A stretch of 64,000 bases of DNA, from the NCBI GenBank assembly GCA_965204375.1, contig OZ241986.1, positions 4,832,001 to 4,896,000 on the forward strand, read 5' to 3'. Positions 38,227 through 48,402 of the stretch are shown here, one piece after another; position 1 is the first letter of the stretch; each line of letters begins with the position of its first letter. This stretch comes from Candidatus Latescibacterota bacterium (GTDB lineage: Bacteria > Latescibacterota > UBA2968). The notes below the pieces were generated by a model. The model searched no databases. It was given only the letters and a program-made list of their open reading frames with translations, and was not told the origin of the DNA. Made by a program: the position numbers and the translations under genes.

Positions 38227-39294
38227 CTACTTATAGCTAATACCGAGCGTTACGAGATGCACATAGTTCAACCGCCCGAAATCTACCAGAGCGTAATCCA
38301 CGCGCAGGCCCAGTTGTCCGGTATTGTGCCGAACACCCGCTCCAAACGTCAACCCCTCCTCATCGTAGTTGTACCTGTACCCGGCCCGTAAAATCCCTAT
38401 ATTATTATAAGTGTACTCCGCACCAAAATTCAATTTTTCCCGACCATCGTTCGGGTGTACAAACTCGCCCACGAGGGTCATAAAATGCGGATCTTCTTCA
38501 TCCTCGAACAAATCAATGGCTGCGCCCAGTGAAAAAGACATAGGCATGCGGACATTGACCGGAGGCGTCTGGATGCGTTCGTCGTATTCGGAAAACTGCG
38601 TATCCGGACCGAAATTCCGACCGACCATTGCTATCCGCAAGCTTTTGATCCCCGTGTAATACACAGTGCCGATATCCAGTGCCCAGTTGGCTGTTTTTGC
38701 CCCCTGCACATCGTCTAATTGTTCCTCCATATAGCGCAGATTACCACCGATTTGCAGCCGGTCTGTCACTTTCCTACCATAAGTCAGGCCAATGGAGAGA
38801 TTGCCGCCGCTAAATGTGCCTTCGTCCAGATTGATGGATACGTTGCCCGTGCGCCTGCCCGCAGCATCCAGAACTTCAATATTTTCTGTGCGGTACATGG
38901 TGCCGTAATCCAGAGCGGTCGCATTGATCCCCACATAGCCCCACTGGTCCAGATTCTTGACAACACTGCCCACATTGTATCCGATATCGGCAATCCAGTT
39001 GATTCTACCCACGAAAATATCTAAGTCTTCAACATCTGTTGTAGAAGCCGGATTGTTGAATGCAAAACTGGCATCACCGTGGCTAATGGCGGTAGCGACA
39101 CCACCCATTGCAGCGATGCGGGCACTGGTCGGGATTTTCAAGAACTGCCAGCCGGACATGCCAACGCGTTCAAAAGGTGCTGGCGAAATGCCCAGACCAA
39201 ATTCCTGTTCGCCGTAAACTGTCTGCCCGCTGGCCCTGTGCGGCAGGAAGAATACGGCCAATATTGCGCATAAAATGTAGAAATGGCGATTCAT
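38227..39294 (-). CDS. PorV/PorQ family outer-membrane beta-barrel
   Basis: Signal peptide; FLKIPTSARIAAMGG, NPAS, LRAGY, VDYA; SD GGAGG before ATG 39294. Confidence 0.85.
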   Translation of the reverse strand: MNRHFYILCAILAVFFLPHRASGQTVYGEQEFGLGISPAPFERVGMSGWQFLKIPTSARIAAMGGVATAISHGDASFAFNNPASTTDVEDLDIFVGRINWIADIGYNVGSVVKNLDQWGYVGINATALDYGTMYRTENIEVLDAAGRRTGNVSINLDEGTFSGGNLSIGLTYGRKVTDRLQIGGNLRYMEEQLDDVQGAKTANWALDIGTVYYTGIKSLRIAMVGRNFGPDTQFSEYDERIQTPPVNVRMPMSFSLGAAIDLFEDEEDPHFMTLVGEFVHPNDGREKLNFGAEYTYNNIGILRAGYRYNYDEEGLTFGAGVRHNTGQLGLRVDYALVDFGRLNYVHLVTLGISYK

Positions 39295-39324
39295 TATTCT
39301 GTCCTCCAATTATCCGTAACAGGG

Positions 39325-41442
39325 TTATTTGATGACGACGAATTTGCCCGTAGCAGATTCGCCTTCATGTCCGGGCACTTCCGAAGTTATCTGATAAATA
39401 TAAAGCCCAGGCATCACATTGTGGAAAAACCGCGTGAGCATATAATCGTTATCCGTGGTAGATCCCCAGGCTTCTTCGCCGAATCCGTCATCGTGCTGGA
39501 TGGTGCGAATCAAATCTCCCGCCAGATTGTAGATGCGAATAGTACATTGCGACGGCACATTCACAAATGTCAACCGCTTTGCCTGCCCGGGATCGGGATG
39601 TCCACTGACCTGTCGGAAGGGATTTGGCACCACGCGCACATCTGCAAAATCATTTGAGGGTGCTCGCTTCGACGTGATCGAATCGTAGGTATAAGCCGTC
39701 AAGCCACTTTCCAGTCCTTGCGTATCAAAACTGGTCACGCCATAGCGCAGTGGAATACCGGGATCGGTTTCAAGCTGGAAAACCACCCGCCCGTCCTGGA
39801 TGTTCTCCTGGCCTTTGTTGATGGTGGCCCGCAACTCCCAGGGACCTTCGATGCCGACGGGGGACGAATACACCTTGTAACCTGCAAAATCGGCTTCGCC
39901 CGTGAGCGGATCCACATAATTGCTCGGAACGGGTATCCACCGGAGTTCGACGCCGGACTTGAACGACCCACCTTCCTCGGATTTGAAAATCTCCGCTTCC
40001 AGTTCATCACCCAAAAGCATCTTGGGGGGATTGCCCACGGTAGGTGGAGGAACAGCAGCCGGCGTGTAAAAACCCGTCGTATTCCTAATTTCGATCAATT
40101 CCATTGCCGAGTCCCAGTTTTTGCGAAATTCCTTGATGGAAGCGTGTTCATTACCCGCCCCTTCCACCTCACTTGCAAAGTCCATGTCGATCAGTCTCGT
40201 AGCCGCTTCGCCGCCCAGCATGGCGAGATTGCGGTCCATTTCCCCGGCACACATGATACGGGTAAATGTGATCGAATCTCCGGGAGCCAGACTGTACGGT
40301 CCAATAGCCATAGCATAGACCGGCCACCGTTCGTAGATGCCACCATCTGAGGTCGTTGGATCCTGTGCGGCTGCTCGATAGCTCATTTTCGACTGGGAAA
40401 ATGCAAATGGACTGGGCATATCCGAAAATCTATCGAGATTTAACACATTTGGAGCACCTGTTCCCCACACCCATTTTGCGTTTTCCGACTCCGGAGCCGT
40501 CGGGTGTACGCCAGTGGGGGAAAGGCTCCAGTCGTAATTGGTGATTGAGTGGTGTACCCTGGACTCGCCGAACGCATTTGGCGGCACATTCACAAACCCG
40601 TATCCGACGACCTGGGGAGAATAGAGCTGATAGTCGATCGATCCCTGGCTCTTGATATTGCCCGGATCTCCGACATCTCCCGTGACATTACCCGGTGCAA
40701 TATCGTAAGCGACTGCCTGCAGGGTATTGATCGGAACGGAGTTGTCATCGTAGAAGACAAAAACCTCTCGTTTTGCATCCCAGATATACTCGATATCATA
40801 CTGGGTTTTCAACTCCCCAACGCGGCCCTGCCGCGTAACCTGCACCGCAAAACTGTGGATGAAGAACATGTTGCGGAAAGGGGCAAAGTCGTCATTGATA
40901 ATCGTGTATTCCGTGATGACGAAGTCGTCGTATTTGGGAATGCTCCAGACCATACTTCTGGTCCTGAGGATATACTTCAGGTTGTCCGCGTCAGTTCCGG
41001 GGGGCCACCCGGTATGGTTCGAAATCAGCCCGCCCTCCATAACCTCTTCCGGAAAATGGATACCCCTTTCGACAAAATTGTAATTCTTAATAATCCTCGT
41101 GGGTTCGCCGATGCTGACCCAGGGAGGCTGGTACTGGTTGCCATCAAACCCATGCACGAAGGCAGTGTCGTTCCGCACCGCTCGCACCGAGCCTGTGGTC
41201 CAGGAACCCGCTCCATTCAAAGAATTTTTGATACTCCCCTGATAACCGGGATACGAGATCTGTCCGCATCCCGCGATGCTGCCCGAAACCGGAATACCCG
41301 CTTCATAGGATTCCATCCACATCTTCGCCCGTGTGAGAGCCTCGTTGTTCACATTCTGTGCCCGCACTGCGGACGCGGCAACCGCCAACCCGAGCAGCGG
41401 GGTCAACAGTGCCCATCTAAACCACCTGAAATATGAGCGCAT
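39325..41442 (-). CDS. T9SS-type CTD surface protein, paralogous to 1-1973
   Basis: Signal peptide; DDFVITEY, GDPG, IGPYSLAPG, FAGYKVY; C-terminal VRVVPNPF...LTFVNVP...IRIYNLAGDLIRTI...GKFVVIK. Confidence 0.8.
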   Translation of the reverse strand: MRSYFRWFRWALLTPLLGLAVAASAVRAQNVNNEALTRAKMWMESYEAGIPVSGSIAGCGQISYPGYQGSIKNSLNGAGSWTTGSVRAVRNDTAFVHGFDGNQYQPPWVSIGEPTRIIKNYNFVERGIHFPEEVMEGGLISNHTGWPPGTDADNLKYILRTRSMVWSIPKYDDFVITEYTIINDDFAPFRNMFFIHSFAVQVTRQGRVGELKTQYDIEYIWDAKREVFVFYDDNSVPINTLQAVAYDIAPGNVTGDVGDPGNIKSQGSIDYQLYSPQVVGYGFVNVPPNAFGESRVHHSITNYDWSLSPTGVHPTAPESENAKWVWGTGAPNVLNLDRFSDMPSPFAFSQSKMSYRAAAQDPTTSDGGIYERWPVYAMAIGPYSLAPGDSITFTRIMCAGEMDRNLAMLGGEAATRLIDMDFASEVEGAGNEHASIKEFRKNWDSAMELIEIRNTTGFYTPAAVPPPTVGNPPKMLLGDELEAEIFKSEEGGSFKSGVELRWIPVPSNYVDPLTGEADFAGYKVYSSPVGIEGPWELRATINKGQENIQDGRVVFQLETDPGIPLRYGVTSFDTQGLESGLTAYTYDSITSKRAPSNDFADVRVVPNPFRQVSGHPDPGQAKRLTFVNVPSQCTIRIYNLAGDLIRTIQHDDGFGEEAWGSTTDNDYMLTRFFHNVMPGLYIYQITSEVPGHEGESATGKFVVIK

Positions 41443-41475
41443 AAATCACTCCTCTCCTTTCAGCTATAAACAACT

Positions 41476-44400
41476 TTACCACCTCACCTGAACGCCAAAT
41501 ATCACCTCGCGCGGCATCTGCCGTTGGTTGTACCAACGCCAGACATCGTCCTCTTCCTCCCGGAATTCGCCAGTGCCATACACGACAAATGGCAACCTGC
41601 CCTGCTCGTGGTATTGCTCCAGGTTGTTGCCCGATGGGAGGCGCAGTTGTTTCTGATTGAAGAGATTGATCACCGTGACATTGATTTCCGTTCGCGCACC
41701 CGGAATAATATTGTCAAATCCCTTCGAGACCATCATGTTGGTATTCCACATGGGTTTCCACCGCCTGTTCAACGGCTCAGTAGATGGATCGCCCGGCGCG
41801 TGGTAGGTGTATTTGAAGCCCTGATTCCAGGTGGAATGCAGGTTCACGTTCCAATCACCCAGAGGTCTCCAACCGCCCACCATCACAGGTCCGAAATTCG
41901 CCGGCGTAAACACCGTAGCCGTCAATTTGGCACTGTTCCGGGGGTTCCAATACGCGTTGTCTCTGCCAGATACCCCCTTGTCCCTGTTGTTGGCGCCGTG
42001 ACGGCTATCTGATCGCGCCTTCTGGCCATCCGGCTGAACGCGATACACATTCCGCAATCCATAGATGCCGGTATTCGAGTAAGACAAATTGTAGTGGAAC
42101 TTGAAGTGGGCATACTGTCGAAAACGGCTATCCATCGTTATTTCCAGCCCGCGCACATCCTGGAAAAACATATTGCCGTTAACCACCAGACTCCCGCTCT
42201 TACCCGGTCCTCTGGACCCCAGGCCGTTAAAATCGGGGAACAAGCGGTGGCCCGTACCGGTATATGTCCCGTAATAGGCGAGAAAACTCTCGTCATTCCT
42301 GAATCCGGCGGCCGTCAGATTCTTGCCATCCTTGTAATACAGGGTCACGTCCAGATTGAGCAATTCGGCGATGTTCTGATCAAAACCGACCTCATACTGG
42401 ATCATTTTTTCGAACTCCAGACCGGGATTTCCGGCACCTGCCCAGTGCGTGTACGAATAGCCGTACTTCTGTCCGTAGTCCGCCGGCAGCGGCGTGAGGA
42501 TGGGATCAGTCTCGGGATAGGGTCTCAACTGCATGAAAGGCGTGTTGGTCATCTTCTGCCACGAAGGCCGCTGATTGAAATGTCCGTACATAAAGTGTAG
42601 CACGGTCTTATCTGTAATGGGATGGGAAATGCCGATTCTGGGCGAAATCGCCCACTGCGTGGGGGTGTGTACTGCAAACTCGTCAGTACTGGAAATATTC
42701 TTATATCCATAGGGATCGCCGATGGATATCTCGCTCTGTTTGACATTGCCCGGCGTGTCCTCATCAATTCGCAGCGGGTCGAAAACATCATCACTGACGT
42801 ATGCGTTGACATTGTACATATCCACCCGCAATCCGGCATTTACGATCATGCCCCGGGTCTCGATCTTATCCTGAATGTAGATCGCACCCTCGTAGGGATT
42901 GGTATCCCGGGCGATCGGATCCGTGACCCAGGCTGTGCTGATATACCCGAAGTGGAAGTACCGATCGAAAAACTGGTAAGATCCGTATAACCCGGCCTTC
43001 AGCTGATGCACTTCATCGACCTGCTTGGTAAAATCGGCCTTGATGGTATAATTATAGGCCTTGGCGTAATCCTGAGCGTGGTCGCCCGGATAGTTGAGGC
43101 CCCAACCGGGAATCCCGGAGATTCTGCCAACGCCGTGAAATGGCAGGCCTCTGGTCAGGCGCTTGTTTTCCTCCTCCACCAGCACTTCGTTCCAGTCAAA
43201 GCCCTTCGAATAGGCGGCGTGGCTGGTCTTCCACAAATTGTCTCGCCTGTAATTGGCCTCGCGGAAATACCAGAAATAGCTCAAATTGACATCCAGAAAT
43301 GTTCTGGGATCAAAAATATGGGTCAGCTTTGCCTGCCCGCTCCACATCCGCACGTATTCGGGTGCTCGAGGCGTCGGACTCGGGGTGCCCTGAGCCACAA
43401 AGGGGAAAAATTTCCAGCTATTGGAGGGATACGCAATATGCGCGCCGCTGCGGTTCTGCCACAAGCCGTTGTCCTCGCTGGAACCGTACAGCGTGCGGAA
43501 CTGATCCGTATTGTTAAACCCGCCGTGCATCCCCTGAAGTTTGACCCTCGAATCCTGAGTGACATCAAAAGTCAGGGAGCCCTGTAAGTTCCATTCCGGG
43601 TTGTAATTCAATGCGGAAGGATACTTGGGAACGCCCTTGTGGTACCTGCCCGAAGCCATAAAAGAAGCCCTATTGGCCAGAGGACCGTAGAGCGTGCCTT
43701 CATATCCGTGCTGCGTGCGTTTGTCGTACTCTTTTAAATCCTGTATCCAGGGCGCAGTCAGATAGTTCATAATCCAGTGCTGCGCCAGAGCCGTATTCAC
43801 GCCATCGCGATTATCGCGAAGACCCTTCTTATACTCGTCTGCCGCAGTGACGTGGCCCGTCCCGAACCAGCCGGGTGGTGGGTGATTATTCCACCAGTCC
43901 GGATTGCTCATCACGCGGTTCTCGTAGCGCTCAGGGCCGTAAATATGCCCGCCCCAGTGATAGATGCCAGCGGGGCGCATTTTGTAATCGAGTGTACTGT
44001 GGACCCTGGTCCTCGATGATTTGGTCACCATATTGATCACAGCGCCATTGGCGCGGCCGTATTCGGCATTGTACCCTCCCGACAGGACCTCCAGTTCCTG
44101 CACCGTGGAAGTGTTGATACCCGTCCAGTTGGAGTTGGACGCACCATCGCGCAACTCCATACCATCTACATAATAGGAAACATCCAGACCGAACCCACCG
44201 CGGATGCCGCCGTTGTAGTTGACGCCCTGCTGTGTATCTACGGCTTGCTTGATATTGGCGACAAAACTCCGGTCGAGTTCGACGGATGACATAACGGCTT
44301 TGCTGCCAGTTAAATCGACTTCGACGGGCGGCCGTTCGGCCACAACGACCATTTCTTCGGCAGCGAGGACCTCTTCTCGGAGGCTAAAGTTCAGGACCGA

Positions 44401-44688
44401 GGTCTGGTCGATTTTCACGCGAACCTCGGTCTGCGTGACATCCTGGTATCCCACCATCGATGCCTTGACGGTATGCAGGCCTGGCGGAACAGCCAGAATG
44501 AAGAACTGTCCGTTCGCATCGGTAGAAGCACCCACCAGAATGCCCTCTACCTGGACGACGACATTTGCACCGGGCAAAGCCTGTCCGGCTGCGTCTTTGA
44601 CGGTCCCGGTAAGTTTACCGGTTGTGCCGGCATATACCATCGATGCCGAACACAAAAAAACGAGAAACGCTATTGCAATCTTTTTCAT
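41476..44688 (-). CDS. TonB-dependent receptor with N-terminal carboxypeptidase-regulatory-like domain
   Basis: GTTGKLTGTVKD...LPGANV...GQFFIL; plug IRGG...YYVDG...SGGYNAEYG; ISPRIGISHPIT; NLFN; terminal aromatic (VRW). Confidence 0.9.
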   Translation of the reverse strand: MKKIAIAFLVFLCSASMVYAGTTGKLTGTVKDAAGQALPGANVVVQVEGILVGASTDANGQFFILAVPPGLHTVKASMVGYQDVTQTEVRVKIDQTSVLNFSLREEVLAAEEMVVVAERPPVEVDLTGSKAVMSSVELDRSFVANIKQAVDTQQGVNYNGGIRGGFGLDVSYYVDGMELRDGASNSNWTGINTSTVQELEVLSGGYNAEYGRANGAVINMVTKSSRTRVHSTLDYKMRPAGIYHWGGHIYGPERYENRVMSNPDWWNNHPPPGWFGTGHVTAADEYKKGLRDNRDGVNTALAQHWIMNYLTAPWIQDLKEYDKRTQHGYEGTLYGPLANRASFMASGRYHKGVPKYPSALNYNPEWNLQGSLTFDVTQDSRVKLQGMHGGFNNTDQFRTLYGSSEDNGLWQNRSGAHIAYPSNSWKFFPFVAQGTPSPTPRAPEYVRMWSGQAKLTHIFDPRTFLDVNLSYFWYFREANYRRDNLWKTSHAAYSKGFDWNEVLVEEENKRLTRGLPFHGVGRISGIPGWGLNYPGDHAQDYAKAYNYTIKADFTKQVDEVHQLKAGLYGSYQFFDRYFHFGYISTAWVTDPIARDTNPYEGAIYIQDKIETRGMIVNAGLRVDMYNVNAYVSDDVFDPLRIDEDTPGNVKQSEISIGDPYGYKNISSTDEFAVHTPTQWAISPRIGISHPITDKTVLHFMYGHFNQRPSWQKMTNTPFMQLRPYPETDPILTPLPADYGQKYGYSYTHWAGAGNPGLEFEKMIQYEVGFDQNIAELLNLDVTLYYKDGKNLTAAGFRNDESFLAYYGTYTGTGHRLFPDFNGLGSRGPGKSGSLVVNGNMFFQDVRGLEITMDSRFRQYAHFKFHYNLSYSNTGIYGLRNVYRVQPDGQKARSDSRHGANNRDKGVSGRDNAYWNPRNSAKLTATVFTPANFGPVMVGGWRPLGDWNVNLHSTWNQGFKYTYHAPGDPSTEPLNRRWKPMWNTNMMVSKGFDNIIPGARTEINVTVINLFNQKQLRLPSGNNLEQYHEQGRLPFVVYGTGEFREEEDDVWRWYNQRQMPREVIFGVQVRW

Positions 44689-44949
44689 AAGATTTCCTCC
44701 TTAAAAAATTAAAAATAAGTAACACATATATATACTGAAGAATACCTTATGTTACTTTAATGCGTTATAAAAAGCATCCAAAACTGTATAAAATTAATGA
44801 TAGCACGCCAACAATATATTTCACATTATTACGCAATGCAAGAGTTTTATTAATCTATTACATAAGGAAATAAACAGTTGTAATTGTAGTAAAATTTACA
44901 GATATTGGCGCTGGTCCTCTGGATTTCCTTTGCATAAATCACAGCTATC

Positions 44950-45006
44950 AGCGTATCCTGAGCCATACCTGGTATGCGCTATCGCAGGAGATACGCTTCT
45001 TTTTTC
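44950..45006 (+). promoter_or_regulatory. Long imperfect hairpin plus T-tract immediately before the operon start (attenuator-like)
   Basis: AGCGTATC.CTG.AGC.CATACC-T-GGTATG.GCT..CAGG.GATACGCT then TCTTTTTTC; ATG at 45012. Confidence 0.35.
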
Positions 45007-45011
45007 TAATT

Positions 45012-46994
45012 ATGGCTCAACCTTCTGAATCGCTGAGACACACCGCCGCGATTGACCCGTCTGAATCCCAGGGCGTGCGCAAGCAAGTCTGGCTGGTAGC
45101 GGGCATCACACTAATCCTCGCATGCGTGATGGCGACGTATGTGGAGATGAAACCTCGCACCGTGCGAATGGGAATGGCCACATTGCCAATGGCCGTGCTA
45201 TTTCCATTTGTCTTCTGGCTGCTGGGCAACAGCCTGCTCAAACGGTTCTGGCCCGGAGTATCGCTGTCTTCGGGGGAACTCCGCTTATTGTTTTGCACCC
45301 TGTGGGTAGGCGGGGTATTTCCGGGCACCAACTGGGCCACGGCCTGGGCGGGGCGGGTAGGGGCGGCGCGGTATTTCGCATCTGCGGAAAACCGATGGCA
45401 GGAATTGATCTTTGACAATTTGCCCTGGTGGATGTTTTTGACGGACTCGCCCGGTGTCCTGCGGGGATTTTACGAAGGATTGGAATACGGCGAAGCCGTA
45501 CCGTGGGCCGCGTGGGTAGCGCCAGCCTTCTGGGCTATGTCGGCTGCGCTGGCGATAACGGGCATTGGACTGGGACTGACGGCGATTTTTCAAAAACAGT
45601 GGGCGCGGCACGAGCGACTGGCTTTTCCCCTGGCAGAAGTGGCGCATGAACTGACCGCCGGGTTTGACCGGCGCCGGGGGTGGCCGCCATTTATGCGCAC
45701 CTGGGCGTTCTGGGTGGGGTTTTTTATTGCGGCCCTGCCGGAACTGTGGGATATGGTATCGTGGTTTGTGCCGGATTTTCCCCGCAACGAACTCTGGGCA
45801 ATCCACCAGCGGAGATTGATCGACATATCGCGGCATTTGTCGCCCAATACGCTTCAGGTTCGCCTGCTACCCAACTTGATGGGATTTACGTTTTTGTGCA
45901 ACTTAGACATCCTCTTCGGGATATGGTCGGTCTATGCGATAGCAATGACAGCGCTATATGGGATGAACCGCACGGGCTTTTCCATCGGACTGGCCGGGCA
46001 AACAGCCGATGGCGCAGAAATTCTGAATATTTTTACCAGCGGAGCGATGGTAGGACTGGTGGTATGGGCCGTGTGGGTAGCACGAGGACACTTGAAGCGG
46101 GTATTCCAGCAGGTGCGGACATCGGTACCAGGGGAAGAGGCCGAAACAGCGATACTCTCGCCCCGGATGGCATTGGCTATCCTGTTGGGGAGCCTTTTGT
46201 ATTTGTTCTTCTGGGTAATGCACGCGGGGTACGAACCGCATCTGGCACTCCTGTGGGTAGGGCTATTTGCGATGGGGCTATTTGCGGCAATGAAGTTTTT
46301 GGCAGCCAGTGGATTTCCCTACATTTACCCCCCCTTTCCCGCGAACAGCCTGAGTCTGCTGGGCACGCGGGGATTTTCGGAATCATCACTGGTGGGACAG
46401 GGCCTGGTGAACAACCATCTGCTGGCTGGCTGGCGGGTGCCACAGGCCATCCCCCATGTGGCCAGGCTTCGGGAAGGCATCCGGAACACATCGGGATTGA
46501 TCTGGGGCGGGGTAATTTTAGGCATGCTGGTCACCATTATATACGCAGTCTGGCTGTGTTATCAGTTCGGCGGGATTCACATGGACGAGTGGTTGATGCG
46601 GCGGGCGCCCCGAAGCACCCTCAACCGCATTGCCGGCGAAGTGGCCAATACGCAGCGCCCAGTATTTGACCTGGCCAAAGCCACGACCTGGATTTTAGGG
46701 GGTATGGTAGCCGTACTATTTGGACTCTTACAGGCGCGATTGCCCTGGTGGCCCGCGCATCCATTGGGACTGATGCTATTTACGCTATATCCGATTCGCG
46801 TGTACATGCTGAATATCTTCCTCGTGTGGCTGGCCAAGTTTATCGTTTTGCGATTCGGAGGGATTCAGCTTTACCGACGACTCAAACCGGCCTGCTATGG
46901 TCTAATTGTGGGATTTATTTTATCGTTGGCTGTGGGGGCATTAATCGATTTTATCTGGTTCCCGGAACAGGGACATTTGATTCACAGTTGGTGA
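45012..46994 (+). CDS. DUF6785/DUF6784-type polytopic membrane protein, copy 3
   Basis: YFASAENRW, FQKQWARHERLAFP, WWPAHPLG, C-terminal WFPEQGHLIHSW. Confidence 0.75.
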   Translation: MAQPSESLRHTAAIDPSESQGVRKQVWLVAGITLILACVMATYVEMKPRTVRMGMATLPMAVLFPFVFWLLGNSLLKRFWPGVSLSSGELRLLFCTLWVGGVFPGTNWATAWAGRVGAARYFASAENRWQELIFDNLPWWMFLTDSPGVLRGFYEGLEYGEAVPWAAWVAPAFWAMSAALAITGIGLGLTAIFQKQWARHERLAFPLAEVAHELTAGFDRRRGWPPFMRTWAFWVGFFIAALPELWDMVSWFVPDFPRNELWAIHQRRLIDISRHLSPNTLQVRLLPNLMGFTFLCNLDILFGIWSVYAIAMTALYGMNRTGFSIGLAGQTADGAEILNIFTSGAMVGLVVWAVWVARGHLKRVFQQVRTSVPGEEAETAILSPRMALAILLGSLLYLFFWVMHAGYEPHLALLWVGLFAMGLFAAMKFLAASGFPYIYPPFPANSLSLLGTRGFSESSLVGQGLVNNHLLAGWRVPQAIPHVARLREGIRNTSGLIWGGVILGMLVTIIYAVWLCYQFGGIHMDEWLMRRAPRSTLNRIAGEVANTQRPVFDLAKATTWILGGMVAVLFGLLQARLPWWPAHPLGLMLFTLYPIRVYMLNIFLVWLAKFIVLRFGGIQLYRRLKPACYGLIVGFILSLAVGALIDFIWFPEQGHLIHSW

Positions 46995-47032
46995 TTTCGA
47001 CCCGTATCTGCACCCAGCGCTGGAGGTAAGCC

Positions 47033-48397
47033 ATGAAACTCTATTATGTGGTCTGGTTTACAATCGTTCCGGCCGTACTCATCCATCTGTCGGGTATCTC
47101 GCCCGTTTGGGCACAGGATATTCCAGACCCGTCATTGAAAGACCCTGGGATATTGCAGATTGTTGTGGAAACAACGGGGTTTCGAGGCCCAGAGGGATTC
47201 ACACGGGTAGATATCTGTACGGTCGTAGATGCCCAGTCGCTCCAATTTGTACCCCAAGAAGACGCATTTGTAGCTCAGTTGCAGTATGCAGTGACCCTAT
47301 CGGATTCGACCGGGCAAAAGGTAAAAGTCAAAACGTGGACGCAGAATATCTCAGTTCCAGATATGAACGCACCCCGACAAGCAGGTGCCGTGGTTCGGGA
47401 GATAGTGGGACTGGACCTGTCCCCAAAAACGTATCGGTTCAAGTTGTCAGCCGAGGATATTTACAGCGGAAAAACGGGGATTCTTGAGACATGGCTCCAG
47501 GTGCGAAATTTTGATCGAAAGGACCTGTTGATCAGCGACCTGTTATTTGCCACAAAAATCACGCCACAAGAGGAAGCCGGAAAATTTGTAAAAAACGGGT
47601 GGAATATAGTACCCAATGTCAGCCATCGGTACCGGGTGGGCGAGCCTGTGCGCGTTTATTTTGAAATTTACAATTTGAAACGCCAAAAAGACCAATCTGC
47701 AGAGCCGCTGATTCTGGGATACAGCTTTACCGACTCGTCCGGAATGCAGGTAAAAAAACTTCCTTCCCGCCGGATTCGGGTATCGGGAGAGAGCTTTGTC
47801 AAGACAGAGACAATCGAGACAGACGGACTAAATGCGGGCGTCTATTTTTTTCAAGTGGAGGCATTTGACCGGGGCACCCGAGAGCATGTGCGACAGCGCA
47901 GAGCGATCTTCCTATTTTCCGATGAGTTGAGTGATGAAGCGCAGGATCAACTCCGATATTTTAAGGACATCCGGTACATAGCATCGAGCAAGGACCTCAA
48001 CAGCTATGCAGCGCTGACCACCGAAGCGGAACGCATGGACTTCTTAAAAGCATTCTGGAGAAAAATGGATCCAACGCCCGGCACGCCATTGAACGAGCGA
48101 CTGCGAGAACACATGACGCGGGTACAGTTTGCAGATGAACACTTCGGGTCAGAAGCTCATAAACGGGGGTCAGATACGGACAAGGGCCGCGTGTACATCA
48201 AATACGGCCCGCCCGACGATCGGGACTTCGAACAGTCATCAGACAATTTTGCAGGCGCAATAGAGAAATGGACTTACGATCGATCAAAGCGGTATCTCTT
48301 CGTATTTCAAGACCGGCGGCGCTACGGCGTGTATGAGTTGATACACTCGACAATGCCGGGAGAACTGTACAACCCGAACTGGAAAGAGAGTCAATAG
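47033..48397 (+). CDS. GWxTD-domain secreted protein
   Basis: Signal peptide; YFEIYNL; FWRKMDPTPGTPLNE...EHMTRVQFADEHF...GSDTDKGRVYIKYGPPD. Confidence 0.8.
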   Translation: MKLYYVVWFTIVPAVLIHLSGISPVWAQDIPDPSLKDPGILQIVVETTGFRGPEGFTRVDICTVVDAQSLQFVPQEDAFVAQLQYAVTLSDSTGQKVKVKTWTQNISVPDMNAPRQAGAVVREIVGLDLSPKTYRFKLSAEDIYSGKTGILETWLQVRNFDRKDLLISDLLFATKITPQEEAGKFVKNGWNIVPNVSHRYRVGEPVRVYFEIYNLKRQKDQSAEPLILGYSFTDSSGMQVKKLPSRRIRVSGESFVKTETIETDGLNAGVYFFQVEAFDRGTREHVRQRRAIFLFSDELSDEAQDQLRYFKDIRYIASSKDLNSYAALTTEAERMDFLKAFWRKMDPTPGTPLNERLREHMTRVQFADEHFGSEAHKRGSDTDKGRVYIKYGPPDDRDFEQSSDNFAGAIEKWTYDRSKRYLFVFQDRRRYGVYELIHSTMPGELYNPNWKESQ

Positions 48398-48402
48398 AGA
48401 AC

